This document shows positions 1 through 9,240 of a DNA stretch of 64,000 bases, one piece after another. Source of the stretch: an uncultured Acidobacteriota bacterium (GTDB lineage: Bacteria; Acidobacteriota; Thermoanaerobaculia; Multivoradales; JAGPDF01); assembly GCA_963781755.1 (NCBI GenBank), contig CAWAGZ010000004.1, forward strand, positions 143,614 to 207,613, given 5' to 3'. The notes beneath the pieces were generated by a model. That model saw only the letters and a list, made by a program, of their open reading frames with translations, was not told the origin of the DNA and ran no database searches. Both the position numbers and the translations under genes were made by a program. How positions within the stretch are numbered: the first letter of the stretch is position 1; each line of letters opens with the position of its first letter.

Positions 1-1143
1 GCCCCAGTGGGACGTCGTGGCGCGGAATCCCCCCCGGCCGTCGCCGCGCAGCACCGTCACGCCGCGCGCGCTCCAGGCCAGCAGGTCGAGAGGACCGTCG
101 TCGTCGAGATCGACCGCGGCGAGGCGTGCCGCGGGGTCGAGCTCGACTCCGTCGAGCCGGGTCGGGCGCCAGTCGTCGGCGGCGCGGCGCAGCTCGAGAC
201 CGCCGTCGGCGAGGACCCGCGCCAGATCCGGGCGCTCGTCGCCGTCGAAATCGGCGGCCACCAGGTCGCCTCCGGGGGCGGAGTCGAGCGGACGGAGCTG
301 CCAGCGGGTCGGGCGCGGCGGTCCGAAGCCGACCCGCGGCCGGCCCGACCGCAGCTCGGTGACCGGCTCGCTCAGGGTCGCGCCGCGCAGCTCGCGCTGG
401 CCGAGCCGGTAGAGGTCCGAGCCGCGCGCGGCGTTGGCCAGCCGGGCCGCGGCGAGACGCGCCGCCGCCGAGTCGCCTGCCTCCAGGGCGTCGATCAGGG
501 TATCGACCAAGCCGGCCACCGGTCCGGGCTCGGTAGCGTAGAGCTCGCGCAGGCGCAGCGCGACGGTCGAGGCTTCGGGCCGGTCCCCGCCGGCGGTCGC
601 CGCGCGCACCCGCTCGATCAGCACCGGGACGTTCTCGGGCCGCAGAGCGACCAGGGCGCCGAGCGCACGATCGCGGGCGTCCGTGTCGCCGAGCGCGTCG
701 GCAAGCTGGAGCTGGCGGAAGCGCAGCGCGGGGTCGTCGGGCGCCAGCCGGACGGCACGCTCGACCTCCGCCGCGGCCTCCGCGTCGCGTCCCGCGGCCT
801 CCAGGACGTCCGCCAGCATGCGCCGGTAGGCGGGGGCCTCCGGCGCCAGGCGGACCGCTTCACCCAGCTCGGCGAGAGCGTCGTCGATGCGGCCGAGCTG
901 CGCCTGGGCGAGGCCCAGATCGGCGTGCGCGGAGGGCTCCTCGGGGTCGCGGCGGACGAGCTCGGCGAGCGCCGCCTCGGCATCCGCGAAGCGTTCGTTC
1001 TCGAGCTCGGCGAGTCCGTGTTGGAACAGTGCGGACGAGCGCGGACCGGCGTTGGCCCGGGGTCTCGTCGCGGAGCGGCCCGCGATCCACCAGCCTGCGG
1101 CGACGGCGGCGACGGCCAACAGAGCGGATAGAATGCGGCGCAT
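1..1143 (-). CDS. TPR-repeat plus FG-GAP/VCBS-repeat protein with N-terminal signal anchor (partial; C-terminus runs off window start)
   Basis: Absent from the ORF track because it has no stop in the window. My translation of the reverse strand from ATG 1143..1141 gives MRRILSALLAVAAVAAAGWWIAGRS. TPR-like helical repeats follow (EPSAHADLGLAQAQLGRIDDALAELGEAVRLAPEAPAYRRMLADVLEAAGRDAEA...), then FG-GAP-like motifs (VAADFDGDERPDL, AAVDLDDDGPLDLL). Codons are GC3-rich. Confidence 0.7.
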   Translation of the reverse strand, partial: MRRILSALLAVAAVAAGWWIAGRSATRPRANAGPRSSALFQHGLAELENERFADAEAALAELVRRDPEEPSAHADLGLAQAQLGRIDDALAELGEAVRLAPEAPAYRRMLADVLEAAGRDAEAAAEVERAVRLAPDDPALRFRQLQLADALGDTDARDRALGALVALRPENVPVLIERVRAATAGGDRPEASTVALRLRELYATEPGPVAGLVDTLIDALEAGDSAAARLAAARLANAARGSDLYRLGQRELRGATLSEPVTELRSGRPRVGFGPPRPTRWQLRPLDSAPGGDLVAADFDGDERPDLARVLADGGLELRRAADDWRPTRLDGVELDPAARLAAVDLDDDGPLDLLAWSARGVTVLRGDGRGGFRATTSHWG

Positions 1144-1155
1144 CGGAACATTCTA

Positions 1156-3972
1156 ATGACCTCGGACTCGACGACGTCCGTCCCGGTCCGCCGCCGCTAC
1201 GTCCCGGCGGTGGGGCCGAAGCTGGCCCGGCTCCTCGCCGTGGTCTTCGGGCTGTTCGCGCTGCTCTGCGTCAACAGCGCCTACCTGCTCGGGGTGCGCG
1301 GCCTCGAGGCGGTGACCGGAAACGGCTACCAGAACTGGTTCTACATCGTCATGTTCCTCGGGCACCTGCTGCTCGGGGCGCTGCTCCTGGTGCCGGCCGT
1401 CGTCTTCGGCATCCTCCACCTGCGCAACGCCCGCAAGCGCGCCAACCGGCGCGCCGTGCGCATCGGCTACGTCCTGTTCACGACCGTCCTGCTGTTGCTG
1501 GCGAGCGGAGTCATTCTGACCCGGCTCGAGAACGTGATCGAGATCCGGGATCCGCGAGTGCGGTCGGTCGCCTACTGGGTCCACGTCCTGACGCCTCTGG
1601 TAGCCGCGTGGCTGTTCGTCCTCCACCGGCTGGCGGGCCGCCGGATCCGCTGGGAGGTGGGCCGGCGGTGGGCGATCGTGGCGGGCGTCGCCGCGGCCGT
1701 CGCGTTGGCCCTCCACGCCCAGGACCCGCGGCGATGGAACCAGGTCGGCCCGAAGTCGGGCGAGAAGTACTTCTTTCCGTCCCTCGCGCGCACCGCGACC
1801 GGGGGCTTCATCCCGGCGCGCGTGCTGATGGCCGACAGCTACTGCGTGCAGTGCCACCCGGATGACCACGCCGCCTGGGCCGAGAGCGCGCACCGGTTCA
1901 GCTCGTTCAACAACCCGGCCTACCTGTTCTCGGTACGCGAGACCCGGCGGGTGGCCCTCGAGCGCGACGGCGACGTCCAGGCCGCGCGCTGGTGCGCCGG
2001 ATGCCACGACCCGGTGGTCTTCTTCGGCGGCAAGTTCGACGATCCCAAGTTCGACGACGTCGAGGACCCGACCTCGCAGGCCGGCATCACGTGCACCGTC
2101 TGCCACTCGATCACCCACGTCAACTCGGTCAAGGGCAACTCGGACTTCACCATCGACCAGCCGGTCCACTACCCCTTCGCCTTCAGCCGCAACCGGCTCC
2201 TGCGTTGGGTCAACCGGCAGCTCGTCAAGTCGAAGCCGGAGCTGCACAAGCGCACGTTCCTCAAGCCCTTCCACCACACGCCGGAGTTCTGCGGCACCTG
2301 CCACAAGGTCCACCTGCCGCCCGAGCTCAACCACTACAAGTGGATCCGCGGTCAGGACCACTACGACTCGTACTGGCTGTCCGGCGTCTCCGGGCACAGC
2401 GTGCAGAGCTTCTACTACCCACCGAAGGCGGCCCCCAACTGCGCCGCGTGCCACATGCCGCTCCAGGCGTCGAACGACTTCGGCGCGCGCGACTTCGACG
2501 GCAGCGGGACGCGCAAGGTCCACGACCACCTCTTCGTCGGCGCCAACACGGGGCTGGCCGCGTTGGTCCACCTGCCGCAGCGGGTGATCGACCGGCACGC
2601 GGAGCTGCTCGAGACGGTGGCCCGCGTCGACCTGTTCGGCGTCCACCGCGGCGGGACGATCGACGCGCCGCTCGAGGCGCCGGTGCGACCGCGAGTGCCG
2701 GTGCTGGTGCCGGGCGGGAGCTACCTGATCGACGTCGTGGTGCGGACGGTCAAGATCGGTCACGAGCTGACGCAGGGCACCGCCGATTCCAACGAGCTCT
2801 GGGTCGAAGTCCACGCCGAGTCGGGCGGTCGGACGCTCGGCGAGAGCGGCGGACTGGGCCCGGGGCGGGACGTCGATCCCTGGTCGTACTTCGTCAACGC
2901 CTACGTGCTCGACCGCCAGGGCAACCGGATCGACCGGCGCAATCCCCAGGACATCTTCGTGCCGCTGTACAACCATCAGATCCCTCCCGGCGCGGCGGAC
3001 GTCGTCCACTACCGGCTCGACGTCCCGCGCGACGTCACGGGCCCGGTCACCCTCCGCGTCCGCCTGCGCTATCGGAAGTTCGACACCACGTACATGCGCT
3101 ATGTCTTCGGCAAGGACTACGTCAACGAGCTGCCGATCGTCGACATGGCCAGCGACGAGGTGACCTTCCCGGTAGCCGGCGCCGCGCCGACCGAGGCGGC
3201 GGCACCGGCGATCGCGGAGTGGGAGCGCTGGAACGATTACGGCATCGGTCTGCTGCGCAAGAAGGGCGACAGCGCGCGCGGCGAGCTGGCGCAGGCCGAA
3301 ACGGCGTTCCACCGGGTCGAGGAGCTGGGCCGGCCGGACGGTCCGCTCAACCTGGCGCGGGTCTACCTGGCCGAGGGCCGGGTCGCGGACGAGGCGGTCG
3401 CGGCGCTGTCGCGGGCCGCGGCTTTCGACCCGCCCGCTCCGCCCTGGGTGCTGGCGTGGCTGCGCGGCGAAGTCGACAAGCAGAACGGCTTTCTGGACGA
3501 GGCGGTCGCCGATTTCCGGTCGCTGACGACGGCGAGCGGCGGGGCGGTCGCGGCGCGCGGCTTCGACTTCGCCCAGGACTACCGGCTCTGGGTCGAGCTC
3601 GGACAGACGCTCGTCGAGCGCGCCCAGCTCGAGCGCGGAGCGGAGAACCGGGAGCGGCGCGAGGCGTTCCTGCGCGACGCGCGGGACTGCTTCCGCCGGG
3701 CGCTGAAGCTCAACCCCGAGCTGCTTCCGGCGCACTACAACCTGGAGCGCATCGCGCGCGAGCTGGGTGACGCCGAGGAAGCTGCCCGCGAGCTCGTCGC
3801 CTATCAGCGCTACCACCCGGACGACAACGCCCGGGACCTCGCGATCACCGCCGCGCGGCGGCGCGACCCCGCGGCGAACCACGCCGCCGAGGCGATCGTG
3901 GTGTACGACCTTCAGCGCCCGGGCGCCTACGGTCCGGACGCGTCGCCGGCGCCGGTCGGAGGTTCTAGATGA
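1156..3972 (+). CDS. membrane-anchored pentaheme c-type cytochrome with C-terminal TPR domain
   Basis: 938 aa ORF. The N-terminal ~190 aa has about 5 hydrophobic helices (LARLLAVVFGLFALLCV, WFYIVMFLGHLLLGALLLVPAVVFGIL, IGYVLFTTVLLLLASGVIL, VAYWVHVLTPLVAAWLFVL, WAIVAGVAAAVALAL). Five CxxCH motifs: CVQCH aa230, CAGCH aa280, CTVCH aa313, CGTCH aa379, CAACH aa429. The C-terminus is TPR-like (RALKLNPELLPAHYNLERIARELGDAEEA). The stop overlaps the next start (ATGA at 3969-3972). Confidence 0.85.
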   Translation: MTSDSTTSVPVRRRYVPAVGPKLARLLAVVFGLFALLCVNSAYLLGVRGLEAVTGNGYQNWFYIVMFLGHLLLGALLLVPAVVFGILHLRNARKRANRRAVRIGYVLFTTVLLLLASGVILTRLENVIEIRDPRVRSVAYWVHVLTPLVAAWLFVLHRLAGRRIRWEVGRRWAIVAGVAAAVALALHAQDPRRWNQVGPKSGEKYFFPSLARTATGGFIPARVLMADSYCVQCHPDDHAAWAESAHRFSSFNNPAYLFSVRETRRVALERDGDVQAARWCAGCHDPVVFFGGKFDDPKFDDVEDPTSQAGITCTVCHSITHVNSVKGNSDFTIDQPVHYPFAFSRNRLLRWVNRQLVKSKPELHKRTFLKPFHHTPEFCGTCHKVHLPPELNHYKWIRGQDHYDSYWLSGVSGHSVQSFYYPPKAAPNCAACHMPLQASNDFGARDFDGSGTRKVHDHLFVGANTGLAALVHLPQRVIDRHAELLETVARVDLFGVHRGGTIDAPLEAPVRPRVPVLVPGGSYLIDVVVRTVKIGHELTQGTADSNELWVEVHAESGGRTLGESGGLGPGRDVDPWSYFVNAYVLDRQGNRIDRRNPQDIFVPLYNHQIPPGAADVVHYRLDVPRDVTGPVTLRVRLRYRKFDTTYMRYVFGKDYVNELPIVDMASDEVTFPVAGAAPTEAAAPAIAEWERWNDYGIGLLRKKGDSARGELAQAETAFHRVEELGRPDGPLNLARVYLAEGRVADEAVAALSRAAAFDPPAPPWVLAWLRGEVDKQNGFLDEAVADFRSLTTASGGAVAARGFDFAQDYRLWVELGQTLVERAQLERGAENRERREAFLRDARDCFRRALKLNPELLPAHYNLERIARELGDAEEAARELVAYQRYHPDDNARDLAITAARRRDPAANHAAEAIVVYDLQRPGAYGPDASPAPVGGSR

Positions 3973-5894
3973 ACGAGCCGCAGCGCCCGGGGGACGAGCC
4001 CCGGAAGGTCGCACCGCCCCCGGAGGTCGAGGAGATCCCGGATTCCGAGGCCGTACCGGAGGACGACCGGATCATCGGCCACGCCCTGCGCCGATCGTTG
4101 CTGGTCCTGGCAGCGGCGGCACTGATCGTTCTGGCCGGGTGGTTCCTGTTCGGCCGGAGCCGGGCGCGCGTGGCCGAGGTGCCGATCCCGACGCCACCGC
4201 CGCACGCCGTCGCGGCGCCCGAGACGGCGCCGGCGCTGCCTTTCCACGACGTCGCGCGCTCCGCGGGGATCGACTGGCAGCGCGAGAACGGCGCCGAGGG
4301 AGAGAAGCTGCTGCCCGAGACGATGGGCGGAGGCGTCGCCGTCTTCGACTACGACCGCGACGGCCGCCCCGACCTGCTGCTGGTCAACGGCGACCGCTGG
4401 CCGTGGTCGAAGCGCCCGCGTTCGGCCCGGCAACCGCGCCCCGCGCTCTACCGCAACCTGGGCGACGGCCGTTTCCGCGACGTCACGGTCGATGCCGGAC
4501 TCGACGTGCACCTGCAGGGACAGGGCGTCGCGATCGGGGACTACGACAACGACGGTTGGGACGACATCCTGCTGACGGCGGTCGGACCGATCCACCTCTT
4601 CCACAACGAGCGCGGGCGCTTCCGCGACGTGACGGCGCACGCCGGCGTCGCCGGGGATCCGCACGACTGGCACTCGGCGGCGGCGTTCTTCGACTACGAC
4701 GGCGACGGCGATCTCGACCTGATCGTGGGCCGCTACGTACGCTGGAACCGCGCCATCGACTTCAGCGTCGACTATCAGCTGACCGGCGTGGGCCGGGCCT
4801 ACGGGCCACCGACCAACTTCGAGGCGACCTTCCCGATCCTCTACCGCAACGACGGCGACGGCACCTTCACCGACGTCTCGCAGCAGGCCGGGGTGCGGGT
4901 CGCCAACCCGGCGACCGGCGGTCCGGTCGCCAAGACCCTGGGCGTCTTTCCCATCGACTTCGACGACGACGGCCGGCCCGACGTGTTCGTCGCCAACGAC
5001 ACGGTCGCCAACTTTCTGCTCCACAACCGCGGCGACGGGACGTTCGAGGAGGTGGGCTCGACCTCGGGCCTCGCCTTCGACCGCATGGGCTCGGCGACGG
5101 GCGCGATGGGCGTCGACGCCGGGGACGTGCGCGGCGACGGCTCGACCGGGCTCGTGGTGGGCAACTTCGCCAACGAGATGACCTCGGCGTTCGTCTCCCA
5201 GGGTCAGCCGCTGTTGTTCGCCGACGAGGCGATCCCGCTCGGGCTCGGGGTGCCGACCCGGACCGCGCTGACTTTCGGCGTGCTGCTGACCGACGTCGAC
5301 CTCGACGGCCGGCTCGATCTGGTCCAGGCCAACGGCCACCTCGACGAGGAGATCTCGAAAGTGGATCCGAGCCAGACCTACCGGCAGAGCGCCCAGCTGT
5401 TCTGGAACACGGGCACGCGGCCGACGTTCATCGCGGTTCCGGCGCGGCAGATCGGCGACCTGGCACGGCCGATCGTCGGCCGCGGCATCGCCGAGGGCGA
5501 CTGGGACGGCGACGGCGATCCCGACCTCGTCCTGACCCAACCCTCCGGACCGCCCCTGGTGCTGCGCAACGACCAGGCGACCGGTCACCACTGGCTCACG
5601 ATCCATCTCACCGGTGACCCCGCGCGCGGCATCAACCGCGACGCGATCGGTGCCCGCATCGAGCTGACGGCGGGTGGGCGCACGCTGCTGCGCCGGGTCT
5701 CGCCGACGCGCGGCTATCTGTCGCAGTCCGAGCTGCCGGTGACTTTCGGTCTGGGAGACGCGACCCGGGTCGATCGCGTCCGAGTGGTCTGGCCCGGCGG
5801 CACCAGCGACGAATGGACCGACCTGCCCGTCGACCGGCGAATCGAGCTCAGGCCCGGCGGCCGCCCACCGGTCGTCGACGGCCCGCGGCCCTGA
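3969..5894 (+). CDS. CRTAC1-family protein (FG-GAP/VCBS repeats + ASPIC/UnbV domain), N-terminal membrane anchor
   Basis: 641 aa. TM anchor LLVLAAAALIVLAGWFLF. Repeated motifs VFDYDRDGRPDLLLVN, GDYDNDGWDDILL, FFDYDGDGDLDLIVG, IDFDDDGRPDVFVAN, TDVDLDGRLDLVQAN, GDWDGDGDPDLVL. C-terminal UnbV/ASPIC signature NRDAIGARIELTAGGRTLLRRVSPTRGYLSQSELPVTFGLG...VRVVWPGG. Confidence 0.9.
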   Translation: MNEPQRPGDEPRKVAPPPEVEEIPDSEAVPEDDRIIGHALRRSLLVLAAAALIVLAGWFLFGRSRARVAEVPIPTPPPHAVAAPETAPALPFHDVARSAGIDWQRENGAEGEKLLPETMGGGVAVFDYDRDGRPDLLLVNGDRWPWSKRPRSARQPRPALYRNLGDGRFRDVTVDAGLDVHLQGQGVAIGDYDNDGWDDILLTAVGPIHLFHNERGRFRDVTAHAGVAGDPHDWHSAAAFFDYDGDGDLDLIVGRYVRWNRAIDFSVDYQLTGVGRAYGPPTNFEATFPILYRNDGDGTFTDVSQQAGVRVANPATGGPVAKTLGVFPIDFDDDGRPDVFVANDTVANFLLHNRGDGTFEEVGSTSGLAFDRMGSATGAMGVDAGDVRGDGSTGLVVGNFANEMTSAFVSQGQPLLFADEAIPLGLGVPTRTALTFGVLLTDVDLDGRLDLVQANGHLDEEISKVDPSQTYRQSAQLFWNTGTRPTFIAVPARQIGDLARPIVGRGIAEGDWDGDGDPDLVLTQPSGPPLVLRNDQATGHHWLTIHLTGDPARGINRDAIGARIELTAGGRTLLRRVSPTRGYLSQSELPVTFGLGDATRVDRVRVVWPGGTSDEWTDLPVDRRIELRPGGRPPVVDGPRP

Positions 5895-5901
5895 AGGCTC
5901 C

Positions 5902-7497
5902 TCAGTCGAGATCCGGATCGCCCGCGGGACGGCCACCCTCGTAGTCCCGGAGGTTGGCTTCGAGGCGCCGGGCCAGCTCCTCCCTGCCCGCCCCGCGGGC
6001 CGCGGCGAGCGCCCGGCGTTGGAGATCGGCGGCGGCGGCGAAGTCGCCGGTGGCGGCCAGGGCCATGGCGAAAGACTCGGCAACGGAAACTTCGTGCCGG
6101 GGGTCGGGCCAGCTGCGCGCTATGGCGAGGGCGCGGACGCCGTCGTGCAGGGAGGCGATGGGTCCCGCTGCGAGGACGCGCACCGCGGCGCTCTGCAGCT
6201 CCACCGGCGCCTGTGGCCGGGCCAGGGTGCGCTCGAGCCAGGCACCGACCCCGGCGGCGTCGCGCAGCGCGAGCAGCGCCTTGAGCTCTCCCAACCGGGC
6301 TCCGGTCGACCCGGGATCGAGAGTCAGGGCGCGCCGGTACTCGGCCAGAGCGTCGCCCGGCTTGCCGGCCCGGAGCAGAGCGCCTCCGAGCCCGATCCGT
6401 GCGCTGGCGTACCTCGGGTCCATCGCGAGCGCCTGCCGGAATCGGCGCTCGGCGCCCTGGAGGTCGCCGGCGTGGGTGGCGAGGACGGCGAGGTTGGTCA
6501 TCACCTGGAAGTTGCGTGGATTGGCCTCGAGGGCATGCTCGAACGCGTCGCGCGCGCCCCGCTCGTCGCCGAGCAGGTAGAGCGCCGCGCCGAGGTTCTG
6601 GTACGAGCCCCCGTCGCGCGGGTCCGCGGCGACAGCGCGCCGGAAGGCGTCGGCGGCGGCGGCGTAGTCGCCACGTCGGAACGCGGCGACGCCGCGCTCC
6701 GAGTCGGCGTGCCTCCCCGTCCTCAGGTCGGCCACCTCCGTGAGCCAAGGATCCTCGATCGCGACCGGGCCCTCGCCGCGACGAGCCAACGCCGCAGCGG
6801 CCTGTTGCTTCCGCCCCAGGCCGCGATAGGCGGCGGCCAGCTGGAGGTAGACCTTCGTCGCCCCCGGTTGCAGCCGGAGGACCTCCTCGAGAGCGGCGGC
6901 CGCGGCGGCGAAGTCCCCGCCGTCTAGAGCGGCGTTCGCGACCTCGATCAGAGGGGCGGCGGCCCGAGGATCGACGGCGCGCGCCCGCCGCGCCAAGCCG
7001 AGGGCCTCTTCGGTACGGCCCTGGTCCCGGCGCAGCTCGGCGAGCGCGACCAGGACCGGGACGTCGCGCGGCGCCAGCTCGAGGGCGCGCGCGAACGCCA
7101 CGGAAGCCCGCTCGCCGTCGCCGAGGGCGACCTCGACCCGGCCCAGCAGGTAGGGCCACTTGGGGTCGCCGGGAGCGAGCGCGACGGCGTTGCGATAGCC
7201 CGCCCGCGCCTCGCGATAGAGCTCGTAGGCGTGATGGGCCTCGGCGAACTCGCCGTAGGCCGTGGCGAGCTCCGCCGCCGTGGCGTCGGCGCGCCCGCTC
7301 GTCCGTTCGACGCGCTCTCGGACACTTGCGAGTTGTCGAGCCACGGCGGGCTCGAGACCAGACTCGTCGAGCGCAGGCAGGGGCTCGAGCGCGACGCCGA
7401 AACGGTCGTCCGCGCGCGCCGGCAGGGCGGCGAGGGTGGAGAGAATCGCGAGCAGGAGAGCGACTGCGAGGCGCTCGCGCGCCGGCACCGCGCTCAC
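5902..7497 (-). CDS. secreted TPR-repeat protein
   Basis: In-frame C-terminal part of ORF 5902..8361. I moved the start to GTG 7497..7495 (VSAVPARERLAVALLLAILSTLAALPARA, signal-peptide-like) because the upstream part of that ORF overlaps the CRTAC1 gene out of frame. About 10 TPR-like repeats. The GTG overlaps the upstream stop (GTGA). Confidence 0.8.
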   Translation of the reverse strand: MSAVPARERLAVALLLAILSTLAALPARADDRFGVALEPLPALDESGLEPAVARQLASVRERVERTSGRADATAAELATAYGEFAEAHHAYELYREARAGYRNAVALAPGDPKWPYLLGRVEVALGDGERASVAFARALELAPRDVPVLVALAELRRDQGRTEEALGLARRARAVDPRAAAPLIEVANAALDGGDFAAAAAALEEVLRLQPGATKVYLQLAAAYRGLGRKQQAAAALARRGEGPVAIEDPWLTEVADLRTGRHADSERGVAAFRRGDYAAAADAFRRAVAADPRDGGSYQNLGAALYLLGDERGARDAFEHALEANPRNFQVMTNLAVLATHAGDLQGAERRFRQALAMDPRYASARIGLGGALLRAGKPGDALAEYRRALTLDPGSTGARLGELKALLALRDAAGVGAWLERTLARPQAPVELQSAAVRVLAAGPIASLHDGVRALAIARSWPDPRHEVSVAESFAMALAATGDFAAAADLQRRALAAARGAGREELARRLEANLRDYEGGRPAGDPDLD

Positions 7498-9203
7498 GGG
7501 TCCATCGGGGCGGCGTGGCCGGTGCCCTCGACGAGCTCCGAGTAGGTGCGCAGCGGCGGCGGCGGGAAGGTTTCGCGCCGCCCGTCCGGCCACGAGACCA
7601 CGACCGCCGTGGGCGCGTCCTTTCCGTCGCCGAGGCCGAAGAGCACCCGCGGATCGCCCGCCGACGCGTAGCTGCCGTCGGTGTGGGCGCGGCGGACGAG
7701 CCGCCGTCCGTCGCCCAGGAGCAGCTCGACGCGCGCGCCCAGCGCGTCGCGTCCGCCGGAGCGATCGAGCACGCGCAGCCCGACCCAGGCACGCTCCTGG
7801 CCGCGGGCGTCGAGCAGGAGCCGCGCCGGACCGCCGCTGTTCGAGACCACCAAGTCGGTGTCGCCGTCGTTGTCCACGTCGCCGGCCGCCACGCCGCGTC
7901 CGACCTCGCTCGCCGAGAAGTAGGGACCGGCCTCCGAGGAGACCTCGGCGAATCTCCCGTCGCCGAGGTTGCGGAAGAGCTGGTCGGGCTCGTGCAGCGG
8001 CAGTGGATCCCCGGCGGCGGCCTCTTCTTCGAGTAGCCGGACCGCGCCGTTGGCCAGGTAGAGGTCGAGCCGTCCGTCGTTGTCCACGTCCAGCCAGACC
8101 GCCCCGAACCCGGTGTGGCTCCGGGTGGCGAGCAGCATTCCCGCCGGCGCAGCCAGGTCGCGGAAGTTGCCGGCACCGTCGTTGATCCAGAACGAGACGC
8201 CCTCGGTGTTGATGTGGGTGGAGACGAGGTCGTCGTCGCCGTCGCCGTCCACGTCCGCGGCCGAGATCCCCATGTCGCCGGTCCGCGCTCCGCGGCCGTT
8301 GACCGCGCAACCGCGCTCGGCGGCCTCCTCGGTGAAGCGGTCTCCACCGTGGTTCATCCACAGCTCGTTGTCCATCGCGTCGTTGCCGACGAACAGGTCC
8401 GGACGCCCGTCGCCGTCGGCGTCGAAGGCGATCGCGCCCAACGCCTTGCCGCGAACCGCGGCCATTCCGCTCGCGGCGGTGACGTCCACGAACCGGCCGC
8501 CGTCGTTGCGCAGCAGGTGCACGGGGAGCGGACCGAAGGCGTCGGGGCCGCAGAAGTCCGGACGCGAAGACGCGGTCCGGCAGGTCACCGGACGCGACGG
8601 GGAGAAGTCGACGTAGTCGCCGTAGAAGAGATCGAGGTCGCCGTCGCCGTCGTAGTCGAAGAACGTCGCGGGAATGCTCCAGCCGTCGTGCTCCGCGCCG
8701 GCCTTCTGCGTCACGTCCTCGAAGCGGCAGCCGCCGAGGTTGCGCAACAATCGGTTCGGTCCGTAGTTGGTCAGGTAGACGTCCGGGCGGCCGTCACCGT
8801 CGTAGTCGCCGACGGCGACGCCCATGCCGACGGCCGGCCGGTCGAACCCGCTGCCCGCGGTGACGTCGGTGAAGTGGAGGGTTTCGGGGTGTCCGGGGCG
8901 AAGGTCGTTGCGGAAGAGCCGGTCGGTCTCGCGGCCGGAATGGTCCACCGGTCCGGCCTGGCGCAGCAGGACGTCGAGGTCGCCGTCGCCGTCGCAATCG
9001 AACAGAGCCACGCCGGAGCCCATGACCTCGACGACGTGGTGCTCTCCCTGCATTCCGTTGTCGTGCCGGAAGTCGAGTCCGGTCTCGTGGGCGCGCTCGA
9101 CGAGCGCGACCGCGGGTACGGCGGCGGCGGATCCGGCGGAGGCGACTCCCGCGGCGATCAGGACGGCGAGACCGGCTCGGCTCGGCATGGGGACGAACGA
9201 CAT
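7494..9203 (-). CDS. CRTAC1-family protein (FG-GAP/VCBS repeats + ASPIC/UnbV domain), signal peptide
   Basis: ORF 7494..9407 trimmed to ATG 9203..9201 (MSFVPMPSRAGLAVLIAAGVASAGSAAA). Motifs LFDCDGDGDLDVLL, GDYDGDGRPDVYLTN, FFDYDGDGDLDLFYG, FDADGDGRPDLFVGN, ADVDGDGDDDLVS, LDVDNDGRLDLYLAN, GDVDNDGDTDLVVSN. UnbV-like tail RDALGARVELLLGDGRRLVRRAHTDGSYASAGDPRVLFGLG...VVVSWPDG. Confidence 0.9.
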   Translation of the reverse strand: MSFVPMPSRAGLAVLIAAGVASAGSAAAVPAVALVERAHETGLDFRHDNGMQGEHHVVEVMGSGVALFDCDGDGDLDVLLRQAGPVDHSGRETDRLFRNDLRPGHPETLHFTDVTAGSGFDRPAVGMGVAVGDYDGDGRPDVYLTNYGPNRLLRNLGGCRFEDVTQKAGAEHDGWSIPATFFDYDGDGDLDLFYGDYVDFSPSRPVTCRTASSRPDFCGPDAFGPLPVHLLRNDGGRFVDVTAASGMAAVRGKALGAIAFDADGDGRPDLFVGNDAMDNELWMNHGGDRFTEEAAERGCAVNGRGARTGDMGISAADVDGDGDDDLVSTHINTEGVSFWINDGAGNFRDLAAPAGMLLATRSHTGFGAVWLDVDNDGRLDLYLANGAVRLLEEEAAAGDPLPLHEPDQLFRNLGDGRFAEVSSEAGPYFSASEVGRGVAAGDVDNDGDTDLVVSNSGGPARLLLDARGQERAWVGLRVLDRSGGRDALGARVELLLGDGRRLVRRAHTDGSYASAGDPRVLFGLGDGKDAPTAVVVSWPDGRRETFPPPPLRTYSELVEGTGHAAPMDP

Positions 9204-9240
9204 CCTAGCCGAAGCGCGGAGCGCGGCCCCGCCGGGGACC

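Noticed and set aside
1153-4014. 953-aa minus-strand ORF covering the whole cytochrome gene
   Set aside because: It is antisense shadow of the CxxCH-bearing gene. Its composition is dominated by R/G/A/V/D/P and it has no recognisable motifs. Long open antisense frames are expected at this GC content.
5714-8347. 877-aa minus-strand ORF rich in R/P/S/T/A
   Set aside because: It lies out of frame over the TPR and CRTAC1 genes and has no domain signatures. The alternative frames carry clear TPR and FG-GAP motifs.
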